This document shows positions 10,640-23,702 of a stretch of DNA of 46,613 bases, one piece after another. Within the stretch, counting starts at the first letter, position 1. Every line of letters starts with the position of its first letter. The stretch is taken from the IMG/VR virus record IMGVR_UViG_2565956710_000003, positions 1 to 46,613 of that record; one strand, given 5' to 3'. The translations under genes were made by a program, and so were the position numbers. The DNA is from a virus. Lineage: Duplodnaviria; Heunggongvirae; Uroviricota; Caudoviricetes. The notes below the pieces were generated by a model. The model saw only the letters and a list, made by a program, of their open reading frames with translations. It did not search any database and was not told the DNA's origin.

Positions 10640-10644
10640 TTTCA

Positions 10645-11361
<717 letters not shown>

Positions 11362-11369
11362 TTAAATCT

Positions 11370-11445
11370 ATCACCGCAAGGGATAAATATCTAACACCGT
11401 GCGTGTTGACTATTTTACCTCTAGCGGTGATAATAGTTGCATGTA
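11370..11445. promoter_or_regulatory. oR3-oR2-oR1 operators with divergent pRM and pR
   Basis: TATCACCGCAAGGGATA, TAACACCGTGCGTGTTG and TACCTCTAGCGGTGATA between cI and cro; TTGACT -35 at 11405-11410. Confidence 0.85.
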
Positions 11446-11449
11446 CTAA

Positions 11450-11659
<210 letters not shown>

Positions 11660-11777
11660 ATAACCCCGCTCTTACACATCCCAGCCCTGAAAAAGGGCAT
11701 CCAATTAAACCACACCTATGGTGTATGCATTTATTTGCATACCTTCAATCAATTGTTATCTAAGGAAATACTTACAT

Positions 11778-12071
11778 ATGGTTCGTGCAAACAAACGCAA
11801 CGAGGCTCTAAGAATCGAGAGTGCGTTGCTTAACAAAATCGCAATGCTTGGAACTGAGAAGACAGCGGAAGCTGTGGGAGTTGATAAGTCGCAGATCAGC
11901 AGGTGGAAGAGGGACTGGATTCCAAAGTTCTCAATGCTGCTTGCTGTTCTTGAATGGGGTGTCGTTGACGACGACATGGCTCGATTGGCACGACAAGTTG
12001 CTTCGATTCTCACCAATAAAAAACGCCCGGCGGCAACCGAGCGTTCTGAACAAATCCAGATGGAATTCTGA
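11778..12071 (+). CDS. cII: CII transcriptional activator
   Basis: 97-aa ORF MVRANKRNEALRIESALLNKIAMLGTEKTAEAVGVDKSQISRWKRDWIPKFSMLLAVLEWGV, lambda CII. Confidence 0.95.
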   Translation: MVRANKRNEALRIESALLNKIAMLGTEKTAEAVGVDKSQISRWKRDWIPKFSMLLAVLEWGVVDDDMARLARQVASILTNKKRPAATERSEQIQMEF

Positions 12072-12103
12072 GGGAATTACTGGATCAATCCACAGGAGTA
12101 ATT

Positions 12104-12265
12104 ATGACAAAACGTCGTAAGAAATACCAGGAAAAAGAAGAGATTCGACACCCTGATTCACCTGAGGGATTAGTGGTAGCCGCAGCAAATAACAGGGCGT
12201 TCGCAGATCGCCTTGTTGGTGTTTACAGACTAGCAAAAGCAGGAGTGAAACATGGGCGTCGTTAA
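12104..12265 (+). CDS. Small basic hypothetical protein between cII and the initiator gene
   Basis: 53-aa ORF MTKRRKKYQEKEE... with AGGAG 5 nt upstream; below the length cut-off of the ORF track. Confidence 0.35.
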   Translation: MTKRRKKYQEKEEIRHPDSPEGLVVAAANNRAFADRLVGVYRLAKAGVKHGRR

Positions 12266-12314
12266 GTTAGCTGATTACAGGCATAACCCTGTACAACATC
12301 AGGAGGCATCCAGT

Positions 12315-13131
12315 ATGGGGTATGTCTCTATACACCGCCAGTTTATGGACAGCAGGCTCTATAAGGACTCTCAGGCAGTACATCTTTGGCTTCACTTAAT
12401 CCTCAAGGCTAATCACGAATCTACTGTCGTCAATACGGATATCGGTCCGATAACTGTTGATCGCGGTCAGATGATAACTGGACGCCCGTCGCTGGTCAGA
12501 GAAACATTCATCCCAGACAACAAAGTTCGGAGCTTATTACGGACTTTTGAGTCGAAAGGGATGCTTAATATTTGCTCGATGGGGAAGAAATTTAGCCTGT
12601 TTACAATCGTTAAATATGACGATTTTCAGGCAAAAAATTGTCCAACGGTTGTCCAACGGTTGTCCAACGCAAACACCAGTAATGGCGCGCCTCTCAGCGG
12701 AGATTGTCCAACGGTTGTCCAACGGTTGTCCATAAACAATAATATAAATAATATCTCTAATACTGACGTATTAGAGAGTGCCACAGCAGACAAAAAGTCT
12801 GACAAGAAAAAACCTTCCGTCAGCTGTCAGGATGTTGTCGATGCTTACCACGAAATCCTTCCTGAAGCGCCAAGAATCCGCGCACTGAATGACAAGCGTA
12901 AAAACCAGATCCGAACGTTCTGGCGCAAAGCCGGAGTGATAACCCGACAGCTTGACGGGCATGGTTTCACGATGCAGGACTGGAGAAATTATTTGAGCTA
13001 CGTAGGCGAAAATTGCCGATGGATGTTCGAAGAGCGCCCAAACCATCAACGCGGAACCGTCTGGCACAAAAAGGGATTTGATTTCCTGCTTAACGATAAT
13101 ACCTACCTGAAAGTTCGTGAGGGTGAACACG

Positions 13132-13142
<11 letters not shown>
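12315..13142 (+). CDS. Replication initiator (O-like, with internal origin iterons)
   Basis: ORF carrying two clusters of TTGTCCAACGG iterons and an AT-rich stretch; start chosen at the ATG with AGGAGG 8 nt upstream (an alternative start is at 12252). Confidence 0.7.
12638..12733. repeat. Origin iterons: two clusters of 11-bp TTGTCCAACGG repeats, followed by an AT-rich unwinding-like stretch
   Basis: Tandem units at 12638-12670 and 12704-12733 separated by 33 bp; AT-rich run 12733-12760 immediately after. Confidence 0.75.
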
Positions 13143-16527
<3,385 letters not shown>

Positions 16528-16602
16528 TGACCATCTACATCACTGAGCTTGTAACAGGCCTGCTGGTAATCGCAGGCCTTTTTATTTGGGGGAGAGTAAA
16601 TC

Positions 16603-16809
16603 GTGGCTGAGTTAATTTTCTCTGCATTGAGGCTTCTCGGTGCTATGTGGATGGTGGCGACGTTCATTGTGGTTGCTGGCTGTTTTGTCCGGTTGGTAGG
16701 CGAAGGTAAAGACCTGGGGAATATGCTTTTAGGTAGCATTTTCCTGTGGGGGATTATCGGTGTTATGCCTGTTGTCGTAGCAAAAATAGCGTGGCGTTTT
16801 GTGAGTTGA
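16603..16809 (+). CDS. Small hydrophobic (membrane) protein
   Basis: 68-aa ORF with two predicted hydrophobic helices. Confidence 0.4.
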   Translation: MAELIFSALRLLGAMWMVATFIVVAGCFVRLVGEGKDLGNMLLGSIFLWGIIGVMPVVVAKIAWRFVS

Positions 16810-16826
16810 ACTGAGGGTAAGTATCG

Positions 16827-17141
16827 ATGGACGAATCAAGAAAGCAGTTTGAAGAAAGTTGGTTGCGACGTGGAGGCGAATCCTCAGACCTTATCCGTTA
16901 CCCTGAAAATCACCATGAAATTGGCAGTGGTGATATTGGTGGTCAATACGTGATGGACGATGTTCAAGGCCACTGGCAAACGTGGCAGGCATCGAGAGCA
17001 GCTATTGAAATTGAGCTGCAAAAGCCAAAGAAAGGCCCACTTCCCGGTGATTATCACATTGGCTATGACTCAGGTGCAGAATCACAATACGAAAGCGATG
17101 TAGAGGCCATCCGCACTGCTGGAGTCAAAGTGAAGGAGTGA
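16827..17141 (+). CDS. Hypothetical nin-region protein
   Basis: 104-aa ORF on the rightward operon strand. Confidence 0.5.
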   Translation: MDESRKQFEESWLRRGGESSDLIRYPENHHEIGSGDIGGQYVMDDVQGHWQTWQASRAAIEIELQKPKKGPLPGDYHIGYDSGAESQYESDVEAIRTAGVKVKE

Positions 17142-17143
17142 GT

Positions 17144-17308
17144 ATGAGCGCATACGAAGAAATCATGTTAGCCCTGCGATTCTTTTTCGGTGTGGAGGAA
17201 GATGAAAACGTAAATGAGATTATCGGGCAAGACCATGACCCGATAGGGACTATTGCAGCTGCACTTGACGATTACAGGAGCGTAAATGGTGAGGAAACTA
17301 ACGTTTGA
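17144..17308 (+). CDS. Small hypothetical acidic protein
   Basis: 54-aa ORF with AAGGAG 5 nt upstream of the ATG; overlaps the ninB start. Confidence 0.4.
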   Translation: MSAYEEIMLALRFFFGVEEDENVNEIIGQDHDPIGTIAAALDDYRSVNGEETNV

Positions 17309-17729
17309 ACTAAGAAGCCCCATTCATCAGCAGAACGCCATTCAAGCTATCCAGCAAATCCTTCCAGACCCAACCAAACCAATTGTAGTAACCATTCAGG
17401 AACGCAACCGCAGCTTAGACCAGAATCGAAAGCTTTGGGCTTGCCTTGGTGACGTCTCTCGTCAGGTTGAATGGCATGGTCGCTGGCTGGATGCAGAAAG
17501 CTGGAAGTGTGTGTTTACCGCAGCATTAAAGCAGCAGGATGTTGTTCCTAACCTTGCCGGGAATGGCTTTGTGGTAATAGGCCAGTCAACCAGCAGGATG
17601 CGTGTAAGCGAATTTGCGGAGCTATTAGAGCTTATACAGGCATTCGGTACAGAGCGTGGCGTTAAGTGGTCAGACGAAGCGCGACTGGCTCTGGAGTGGA
17701 AAGCGCGATGGGGAGACCGGGCAGCATGA
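17286..17729 (+). CDS. ninB: NinB (recombination protein, Orf-family)
   Basis: 147-aa ORF ...[53 protein letters not shown]..., near-identical to lambda NinB. Confidence 0.9.
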   Translation: MVRKLTFELRSPIHQQNAIQAIQQILPDPTKPIVVTIQERNRSLDQNRKLWACLGDVSRQVEWHGRWLDAESWKCVFTAALKQQDVVPNLAGNGFVVIGQSTSRMRVSEFAELLELIQAFGTERGVKWSDEARLALEWKARWGDRAA

Positions 17730-17899
17730 TGCGATGTTATCGGTGCGGTGAATGCAAAGAAGATAACCGCTTCCGACCAAATCAACCTTACTGGAATCGA
17801 TGGTGTCTCCGGTGTGAAAGAACACCAACAGGGGTGTTACCACTACCGCAGGAAAAGGAGGATGTGTGGCGAGACAGCGACGAAGTATCACCGACATAA
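17726..17899 (+). CDS. Small Cys-rich (zinc-ribbon) nin-region protein
   Basis: 57-aa [19 protein letters not shown]...CLRCERTP; ATG overlaps the ninB stop (ATGA). Confidence 0.4.
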
Positions 17900-18042
17900 T
17901 CTGTGAAAACTGCAAATACCTTCCAACGAAACGCTCCAGAAATAAACGCAAGCCAATCCCAAAAGAATCTGACGTAAAAACCTTCAACTACACGGCTCAC
18001 CTGTGGGATATCCGGTGGCTAAGACATCGTGCGAGGAAATGA
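17866..18042 (+). CDS. Possible small basic protein (GTG start), uncertain
   Basis: 58-aa alternative-frame ORF with AAAAGGAGGA upstream; its stop overlaps the methyltransferase ATG; overlaps the previous small ORF. Confidence 0.25.
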
Positions 18043-18989
18043 CGATGACTGCGTATTACAACGAAATAGATCCGTATGCAGCGCAATGGCTGCGTAACTT
18101 AATTGACGCTGGAGAAATTGCCCCCGGTTATGTAGATGAAAGGAGTATTGAAGATGTCACACCAGGTGATTTGCGAGGATTTACCCAGCACCACTTTTTT
18201 GCAGGAATCGGAGTTTGGAGCTATGCACTTAGAAAAGCAGGATGGCCAGACAACAAGAGTATCTGGACAGGAAGTTGCCCATGCCAACCTTTCAGCTCGG
18301 CAGGCAAAGGAAAAGGGGTTGATGACGAGCGGCACTTATGGCCGGCATTCTTCTGGCTTATTGAAAAATGCAATCCTGGCATCGTTATTGGCGAACAGGT
18401 TGCAAGCGCAGACGGCCTCGCTTGGCTCGACCTTGTACAAACTGACTTGGAAGGTGCGAACTACACCTCTGCAGGTACCGATATTTGCGCTGCGGGCTTC
18501 GGTTCTCCGCACATCAGGCAGCGATTGTATTGGGTGGCCTACTCCAACGACAAATATCAACTTTCAGCCAGAAACGCGCAGGGGAATTCAGAACCTATCT
18601 GGATGCGTGAGACTAGCGGGATGGCAAACTCCTTTAGCGAACGATGCAACAGGTTCAACGCATTGCTACAGCGGAAAAGACAAGAGCGGAACCCCAAGAA
18701 TCTGCTTGAAACTTCCAGGGACGGTGAAGCCATGTACTCATTACCGGTTAACGGCTTCTGGAGAGATGCAGACTGGCTTTACTGTAGAGATGAAAAATAT
18801 CGTCCAGTTAGACCCGGCTCATTCCCGATGGTTAATGGCATTGCCAAAAGCTTGGGACGAGGCAAGTCCACACTGGGAGGAATGGCAAAGCGCAATCAAG
18901 ATCAGCGAATTATTGGATATGGAAACGCAATCAATGCAGAAGTAGCAACGGCATTCGTGAAAGTTTGTATGGAGGTTGTTAATGCTTAG
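18039..18989 (+). CDS. DNA cytosine-5 methyltransferase-like protein (orphan)
   Basis: 316-aa ORF with a PCQ catalytic motif ([12 protein letters not shown]) and a motif I-like FFAGIG segment; no adjacent restriction endonuclease gene. Confidence 0.6.
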
Positions 18990-19158
18990 CCTATCCCAAT
19001 CCCTTCAATACCAGAAAGAAAGCGTCGAGCGAGCTTTAACGTGCGCTAACTGCGGTCAGAAACTGCATGTGCTGGAAGTTCACGTGTGTGAGCACTGCTG
19101 CGCAGAACTGATGAGCGATCCGAATAGCTCAATGTACGAGGAAGAAGACGATGAATGA
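18982..19158 (+). CDS. ninF: NinF-like small zinc-binding protein
   Basis: 58-aa [50 protein letters not shown] with GGAGG 6 nt upstream. Confidence 0.7.
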   Translation: MLSLSQSLQYQKESVERALTCANCGQKLHVLEVHVCEHCCAELMSDPNSSMYEEEDDE

Positions 19159-19873
19159 GTTAATAAATGGCAATGCCATCAAAATGACAAGCATTGAAAT
19201 CGCTGAGTTGGTGGGTAAGCGTCATGACAATGTGAAACGTACCATCGAAACGCTGGCTAAAAATGGTGTTATCCGGCTTCCTCAAATTGAGGATTGTGGA
19301 AGAATCAATGGGTTAGGCTTAAATCAAAGTTTTTGTGTGTATGTATTCGAAGGCGAACAAGGAAAGCGAGACAGTATTGTCGTTGTAGCCCAGTTGTCGC
19401 CGGAATTCACCGCTCGTCTTGTTGACCGTTGGCGAGAGCTTGAAGAAACTGCGGTTAATATCCCCAAAACGCTACCAGAAGCGTTGCGCCTTGCTGCTGA
19501 TCTTGCTGAGCAGAAAATGCAACTGGAAAACCAGCTCGCAATTGCCGCACCTAAAGTTGAGTTTGCCGATCGAGTTGGCGAGGCCAGCGGAATTTTGATT
19601 GGAAACTTTGCAAAGGTTGTCGGTATTGGTCCAAACAAACTGTTTGCGTGGATGCGTGATCACAAAATCCTTATTGCTTCAGGTTCCCGGCGCAATGTGC
19701 CAATGCAGGAATATATGGATCGCGGCTATTTCACAGTGAAAGAAACAGCGGTCAACACAAATCACGGAATACAGATATCGTTCACCACAAAAATCACCGG
19801 GCGTGGTCAACAGTGGCTGACCAGAAAGCTGCTCGATAACGGAATGCTGAAAGTAACAGGGGAGGCTGCTTAA
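19151..19873 (+). CDS. Rha/antirepressor-type regulatory protein (nin region)
   Basis: 240-aa ORF with an N-terminal Rha-like segment (MTSIEIAELVGKRHDNVKRTIETL) and a C-terminal KilA-C/ANT-like region. Confidence 0.6.
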   Translation: MNELINGNAIKMTSIEIAELVGKRHDNVKRTIETLAKNGVIRLPQIEDCGRINGLGLNQSFCVYVFEGEQGKRDSIVVVAQLSPEFTARLVDRWRELEETAVNIPKTLPEALRLAADLAEQKMQLENQLAIAAPKVEFADRVGEASGILIGNFAKVVGIGPNKLFAWMRDHKILIASGSRRNVPMQEYMDRGYFTVKETAVNTNHGIQISFTTKITGRGQQWLTRKLLDNGMLKVTGEAA

Positions 19874-20163
19874 TGGCTAACCTACGCAAAGAAGCGCGCG
19901 GCAGAGAATGCCAGGTACGTATTTACGGCGTATGCAATGGCAACCCTGAAACTACAGTTCTGGCACATTACCGGATGGCTGGAATTTGCGGAACGGGAAT
20001 GAAGCCTGACGACCTGATCGGTGCATGGGCTTGTAGTGACTGCCACGCGGAGATCGACCGACGCACCCGGATTCTCGACAACAAAGACGCCAGACTTTAC
20101 CACCTCGAAGGCGTGATCAGGACGCAGGCGATACTGCTGAAGGAGGGGAAGATTAAGTCATGA
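19873..20163 (+). CDS. YbcO-like small Cys/His-rich protein (putative nuclease family)
   Basis: 96-aa ORF immediately upstream of rusA, as ybcO is in the DLP12 nin region; Cys and His residues consistent with metal binding. Confidence 0.5.
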   Translation: MANLRKEARGRECQVRIYGVCNGNPETTVLAHYRMAGICGTGMKPDDLIGAWACSDCHAEIDRRTRILDNKDARLYHLEGVIRTQAILLKEGKIKS

Positions 20164-20522
20164 ACGAATATCAGTTTGTGCTTCCATACCCGCCGTCGGT
20201 GAATACCTACTGGCGAAGACGGGGAAGCCAATACTACATCAGCGATAAAGGCCAGAAATACCGAAAAGACGTTCAGCAAATCATCCGGCAACTCAAGTTA
20301 GACATTTTCACCAAATCACGACTCCGCATCAAAGTCATCGCAGACGTTCCAGACTCCCGCCGCCGCGACCTCGATAACATCCTGAAAGGTTTACTCGACT
20401 CCCTTATCCACGCCGGATTTGCGGAAGACGACGAGCAATTCGATGACATTCGCGTAATTCGTGGTGTGAAAGTACCAGGCGGACGGCTTGGAATAAAAAT
20501 CACCGAACTGGAGAACGTATGA
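20160..20522 (+). CDS. rusA: Holliday junction resolvase RusA
   Basis: 120-aa ORF with the RusA-characteristic PDSRRRDLDN and GFAEDD segments. Confidence 0.9.
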   Translation: MNEYQFVLPYPPSVNTYWRRRGSQYYISDKGQKYRKDVQQIIRQLKLDIFTKSRLRIKVIADVPDSRRRDLDNILKGLLDSLIHAGFAEDDEQFDDIRVIRGVKVPGGRLGIKITELENV

Positions 20523-20707
20523 ACGCCACAATTCAAACGATACCAGAGCTTCTTATCCAGACACGAGGAAATCAGACCGAAGTGGCGAGGATTCTTTCCT
20601 GCGCAAGAGGAACAGTGCTCAAGTACAACCGAGACAGCAAAGGCGAGCGTCACGTAATAGTTAACGGCGTCCTGATGGTCAAACAGGGCAAGAGGGGAAG
20701 ACCATGA
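20519..20707 (+). CDS. ninH: NinH-like DNA-binding protein
   Basis: 62-aa ORF ...IPELLIQTRGNQTEVARILSCARGTVLKY... immediately upstream of Q. Confidence 0.7.
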   Translation: MNATIQTIPELLIQTRGNQTEVARILSCARGTVLKYNRDSKGERHVIVNGVLMVKQGKRGRP

Positions 20708-21327
20708 GACTCGAAAGCGTAGCTAAATTTCATTCGCCAAAAAGCCCGATGATGAGCGACTCACCACGGGCCACGGCTTCTGACTCTCTTTCCGGTACTG
20801 ATGTGATGGCTGCTATGGGGATGGCACAATCACAGGCCGGATTCGGGATGGCTGCATTTTGCGGTAAGCACGAACTCAGCCAGAACGACAAACAAAAGGC
20901 TATCAACTATCTGATGCAATTTGCACACAAGGTATCGGGGAAATACCGTGGTGTGGCAAAGCTCGAAGGAAATACTAAGGCAAAGGTACTGCAAGTGCTC
21001 GCAACATTCGCTTATGCGGATTATTGCCGTAGTGCCGCGACGCCGGGCGCAAGATGCAGAGATTGCCACGGTACAGGCCGTGCGGTTGATATATCAAAAA
21101 CAGAGCAGTTGGGGAGAGTTGTTGAGAAAGAGTGCGGAAGATGCAAAGGTGTCGGCTATTCAAGGATGCCAGCAAGCGCAGCATATCGCGCTGTGACGAT
21201 GCTAATCCCAAACCTTACCCAACCCACCTGGTCACGCACTGTTAAGCCGCTGTATGACGCTTTGGTGGTGCAATGCCACAAAGAAGAGTCAATCGCAGAC
21301 AACATTTTGAATGCGGTCACACGTTAG
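20704..21327 (+). CDS. Q: Late gene antiterminator Q
   Basis: 207-aa ORF MRLESVAKFHSPKSPMMSDSPRATASDSLSGTDVMAAMGMAQSQAGFGMAAFCGKHELSQ..., near-identical to lambda Q. Confidence 0.95.
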   Translation: MRLESVAKFHSPKSPMMSDSPRATASDSLSGTDVMAAMGMAQSQAGFGMAAFCGKHELSQNDKQKAINYLMQFAHKVSGKYRGVAKLEGNTKAKVLQVLATFAYADYCRSAATPGARCRDCHGTGRAVDISKTEQLGRVVEKECGRCKGVGYSRMPASAAYRAVTMLIPNLTQPTWSRTVKPLYDALVVQCHKEESIADNILNAVTR

Positions 21328-21369
21328 CGGCATGATTGCCACGGATGGCAACATCTTTACGGCATGATA

Positions 21370-21398
21370 TTGACTTTTTGAATAAAGTTGGGTAAATT
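21370..21398 (+). promoter_or_regulatory. Late promoter pR' (with qut region downstream)
   Basis: TTGACT, 17-bp spacer, TAAATT; positioned about 45-70 nt after the Q stop as in lambda. Confidence 0.75.
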
Positions 21399-21610
21399 TG
21401 ACCCAACGATGGATAAATGCACTCGTTAAATAAAGCCCTGAGTTAATAGCTCGGGGCTTTTTGCGTTTTAAGCACGGCCTTTCTGAAAGCACATCAAACC
21501 AAATACCAGACAGACAAAAATAATCACCTTATCCGCTGTGGCTACGGTGCGGTGTGCTTTGCATAAAAGAAAACCAGCGCAATGGCTGGCTTCGTGAAAG
21601 CGGGTGGCAA

Positions 21611-21640
21611 GAGGTTGCGCTAACAACCTCCTGCCGTTTT
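21611..21640 (+). terminator. tR'-like terminator ending the short late leader (6S-type) transcript
   Basis: Hairpin GAGGTTG-CGCTAA-CAACCTC followed by CTGCCGTTTT, roughly 200 nt downstream of pR'. Confidence 0.5.
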
Positions 21641-21760
21641 GCCCGTGCATATCGGTCACGAACAAATCTGATTACTAAACACAGTAGCCTGGATTTGTTC
21701 TATCAGTAATCGACCTTATTCCTAATTAAATAGAGCAAATCCCCTTATTGGGGGTAAGAC

Positions 21761-22084
21761 ATGAAGATGCCAGAAAAACATGACCTGTTAGCCGCCATTC
21801 TCGCGGCAAAGGAACAAGGCATCGGGGCAATCCTTGCGTTTGCAATGGCGTACCTTCGCGGCAGATATAATGGCGGTGCGTTTACAAAAACAGTAATCGA
21901 CGCAACGATGTGCGCCATTATCGCCTGGTTCATTCGTGACCTTCTCGACTTCGCCGGACTAAGTAGCAATCTCGCTTATATAACGAGCGTGTTCATCGGC
22001 TACATCGGTACTGACTCGATTGGTTCGCTTATCAAACGCTTCGCTGCTAAAAAAGCCGGAGTAGAAGATGGTGGAAATCAATAA
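21761..22084 (+). CDS. S: Holin S (dual-start motif MKM)
   Basis: 107-aa [61 protein letters not shown], lambda S. Confidence 0.95.
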   Translation: MKMPEKHDLLAAILAAKEQGIGAILAFAMAYLRGRYNGGAFTKTVIDATMCAIIAWFIRDLLDFAGLSSNLAYITSVFIGYIGTDSIGSLIKRFAAKKAGVEDGGNQ

Positions 22085-22544
22085 TCAACGTAAGGCGTTC
22101 CTCGATATGCTGGCGTGGTCGGAGGGAACTGATAACGGACGTCAGAAAACCAGAAATCATGGTTATGACGTCATTGTAGGCGGAGAGCTATTTACCGATT
22201 ACTCCGATCACCCTCGCAAACTTGTCACGCTAAACCCCAGACTCAAATCAACAGCAGCAGGGCGTTACCAGCTTCTTTCCCGTTGGTGGGATGCTTACCG
22301 TAAACAGCTTGGTTTGAAAGACTTCTCCCCCAAAAGCCAGGACGCAGTGGCATTACAGCAGATTAAAGAGCGTGGTGCTTTACCGATGATTGATCGCGGT
22401 GATATCCGTCAGGCAATCGACCGTTGCAGCAATATCTGGGCTTCACTGCCGGGCGCTGGTTATGGTCAGTTCGAGCATAAGGCTGACAGCCTGATTGCAA
22501 AATTCAAAGAAGCTGGCGGAACGCTCAGAGAGAGTGAGGTATGA
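22068..22544 (+). CDS. R: Endolysin R (lytic transglycosylase)
   Basis: 158-aa [56 protein letters not shown], lambda R. Confidence 0.95.
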   Translation: MVEINNQRKAFLDMLAWSEGTDNGRQKTRNHGYDVIVGGELFTDYSDHPRKLVTLNPRLKSTAAGRYQLLSRWWDAYRKQLGLKDFSPKSQDAVALQQIKERGALPMIDRGDIRQAIDRCSNIWASLPGAGYGQFEHKADSLIAKFKEAGGTLRESEV

Positions 22545-22978
22545 GCAGAATAACCGCGATTATCTCCGCTCTGGTTATCTGCATCATCGTCTGCCTGTTA
22601 TGGGCTGTTAATCATTACCGTGATAACGCCATCGCCTACAAAGAACAGCGCGACAAAGCCACGTACATCATCGCTGACATGCAGAAGCGTCAACGTGATG
22701 TAGCAGAACTCGACGCCAGATACACAAAGGAGCTTGCTGATGCTAACGCGACTATCGAAAGTCTCCGTGCTGATGTTTCTGCTGGTCGTAAGCGCCTGCA
22801 AGTCGCCGCCACCTGTGCAAAGTCAACGACCGGAGCCAGCAGCATGGGCGATGGAGAAAGCCCAAGACTTACAGCAGATGCTGAACTCAATTATTACCGT
22901 CTCCGAAGTGGAATCGACAAGATAACCGCGCAGGTTAACTACCTGCAGGAGTACATCAGGACTCAGTGCCTGAAATAA
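22541..22978 (+). CDS. Rz: Spanin inner-membrane subunit Rz
   Basis: 145-aa ORF with an N-terminal transmembrane segment [30 protein letters not shown] and a coiled-coil periplasmic domain. Confidence 0.9.
   Translation: MSRITAIISALVICIIVCLLWAVNHYRDNAIAYKEQRDKATYIIADMQKRQRDVAELDARYTKELADANATIESLRADVSAGRKRLQVAATCAKSTTGASSMGDGESPRLTADAELNYYRLRSGIDKITAQVNYLQEYIRTQCLK
22734..22925 (+). CDS. Rz1: Spanin outer-membrane lipoprotein Rz1 (embedded in the +1 frame of Rz)
   Basis: Embedded ORF with lipobox LLVVSAC and a Pro-rich mature segment [13 protein letters not shown]. Confidence 0.7.
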   Translation: MLMLTRLSKVSVLMFLLVVSACKSPPPVQSQRPEPAAWAMEKAQDLQQMLNSIITVSEVESTR

Positions 22979-23009
22979 TTTTTTTGCAAATCACAAAGTC
23001 CATTTAATG

Positions 23010-23034
23010 AGCCTCGCGATGCGGGGCTTTTTTT
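23010..23034 (+). terminator. Rho-independent terminator after the lysis cassette
   Basis: Hairpin AGCCTCGC-GAT-GCGGGGCT followed by TTTTTTT. Confidence 0.7.
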
Positions 23035-23183
23035 ACATCTGAATTTCACAGCGCATCTCACGCGCATATTACATCACCCGAGCCTTTCAGAAAGTTGAGC
23101 CTGAGAACTGCCGTATATGGTGGCGACCATCTCGGGGCGGCTTTTCTGTGAGACAGGCTCACTTTCTAAAAGGTAAAGACGCT

Positions 23184-23702
23184 ATGAATCATCAATTGGC
23201 TAATCTCGATTTCCGGGACATGGTGGTTGTTTCTGGTGACCGCGTGATCACAACCTCCCGCAAGGTAGCAGCTTACTTCGACAAGCAGCATCACCACATC
23301 ATTCAGAAAATCGAAAAGCTAGACTGTTCGGATGAATTTCTAACCAGCAACTTTTCGCGGGTTACCTATGAACACAAGGGTAATCAGTATGTTGAATATG
23401 AAATTTCCAAAGACGGCGCGATGTACATCATCATGTCGTTTACCGGCAAAAAAGCTGCCGCCATCAAAGAGGCGTTTATCAAAGCATTTAATTGGATGCG
23501 TGACAGGCTGATGGAGATGGCTCACTCATACCAAAGAGAGCACAACGAGTTAATGCTGGAGTTCATGAAGGAAAAGGATGTTGCCAGTATGTCAGGACGC
23601 TTGCTGAACCGCTGGGGCAGGATCAAAAAACCGCAACTCATAGCAAGAATCGAAAGGCTTGAGCAGCAGGCGCAAATATCGATCCCCGGACTGCCAAAGT
23701 GA
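23184..23702 (+). CDS. Rha-family phage regulatory protein
   Basis: About 172 aa from MNHQLANLDF; the segment RVITTSRKVAAYFDKQHHHIIQKIEKL...YIIMSFTGKKAAAIKEAFIKAFNWM is typical of the Rha family. Confidence 0.6.
   Translation: MNHQLANLDFRDMVVVSGDRVITTSRKVAAYFDKQHHHIIQKIEKLDCSDEFLTSNFSRVTYEHKGNQYVEYEISKDGAMYIIMSFTGKKAAAIKEAFIKAFNWMRDRLMEMAHSYQREHNELMLEFMKEKDVASMSGRLLNRWGRIKKPQLIARIERLEQQAQISIPGLPK

Noticed and set aside
11416-11432. Possible operator mutation in oR1 (central base differs from my recollection of lambda)
   Set aside because: It rests entirely on memory of the lambda reference at single-base resolution; cI here also differs from lambda at two residues, so ordinary allelic variation is the simpler explanation. 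Not reportable without an alignment.
12252-12314. Earlier start for the O-like initiator (MGVVKLADYRHN...)
   Set aside because: The ATG at 12315 has a stronger Shine-Dalgarno (AGGAGG, 8-nt spacing) and avoids overlap with the upstream 53-aa ORF; the 12252 start remains possible and only affects the N-terminal 21 residues.
12638-12733. Short tandem repeats considered as a possible CRISPR array
   Set aside because: The units are 11 bp, directly abutting or separated by a single 33-bp gap, located inside a replication-initiator gene and followed by an AT-rich stretch; this is origin iteron architecture, not repeat-spacer architecture, and no cas genes are present.
18136-18945. 269-aa alternative-frame ORF inside the methyltransferase-like gene
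   Set aside because: Same strand but a different frame from the ORF that carries the PCQ motif; no start-site support; judged to be a frame-shadow ORF.
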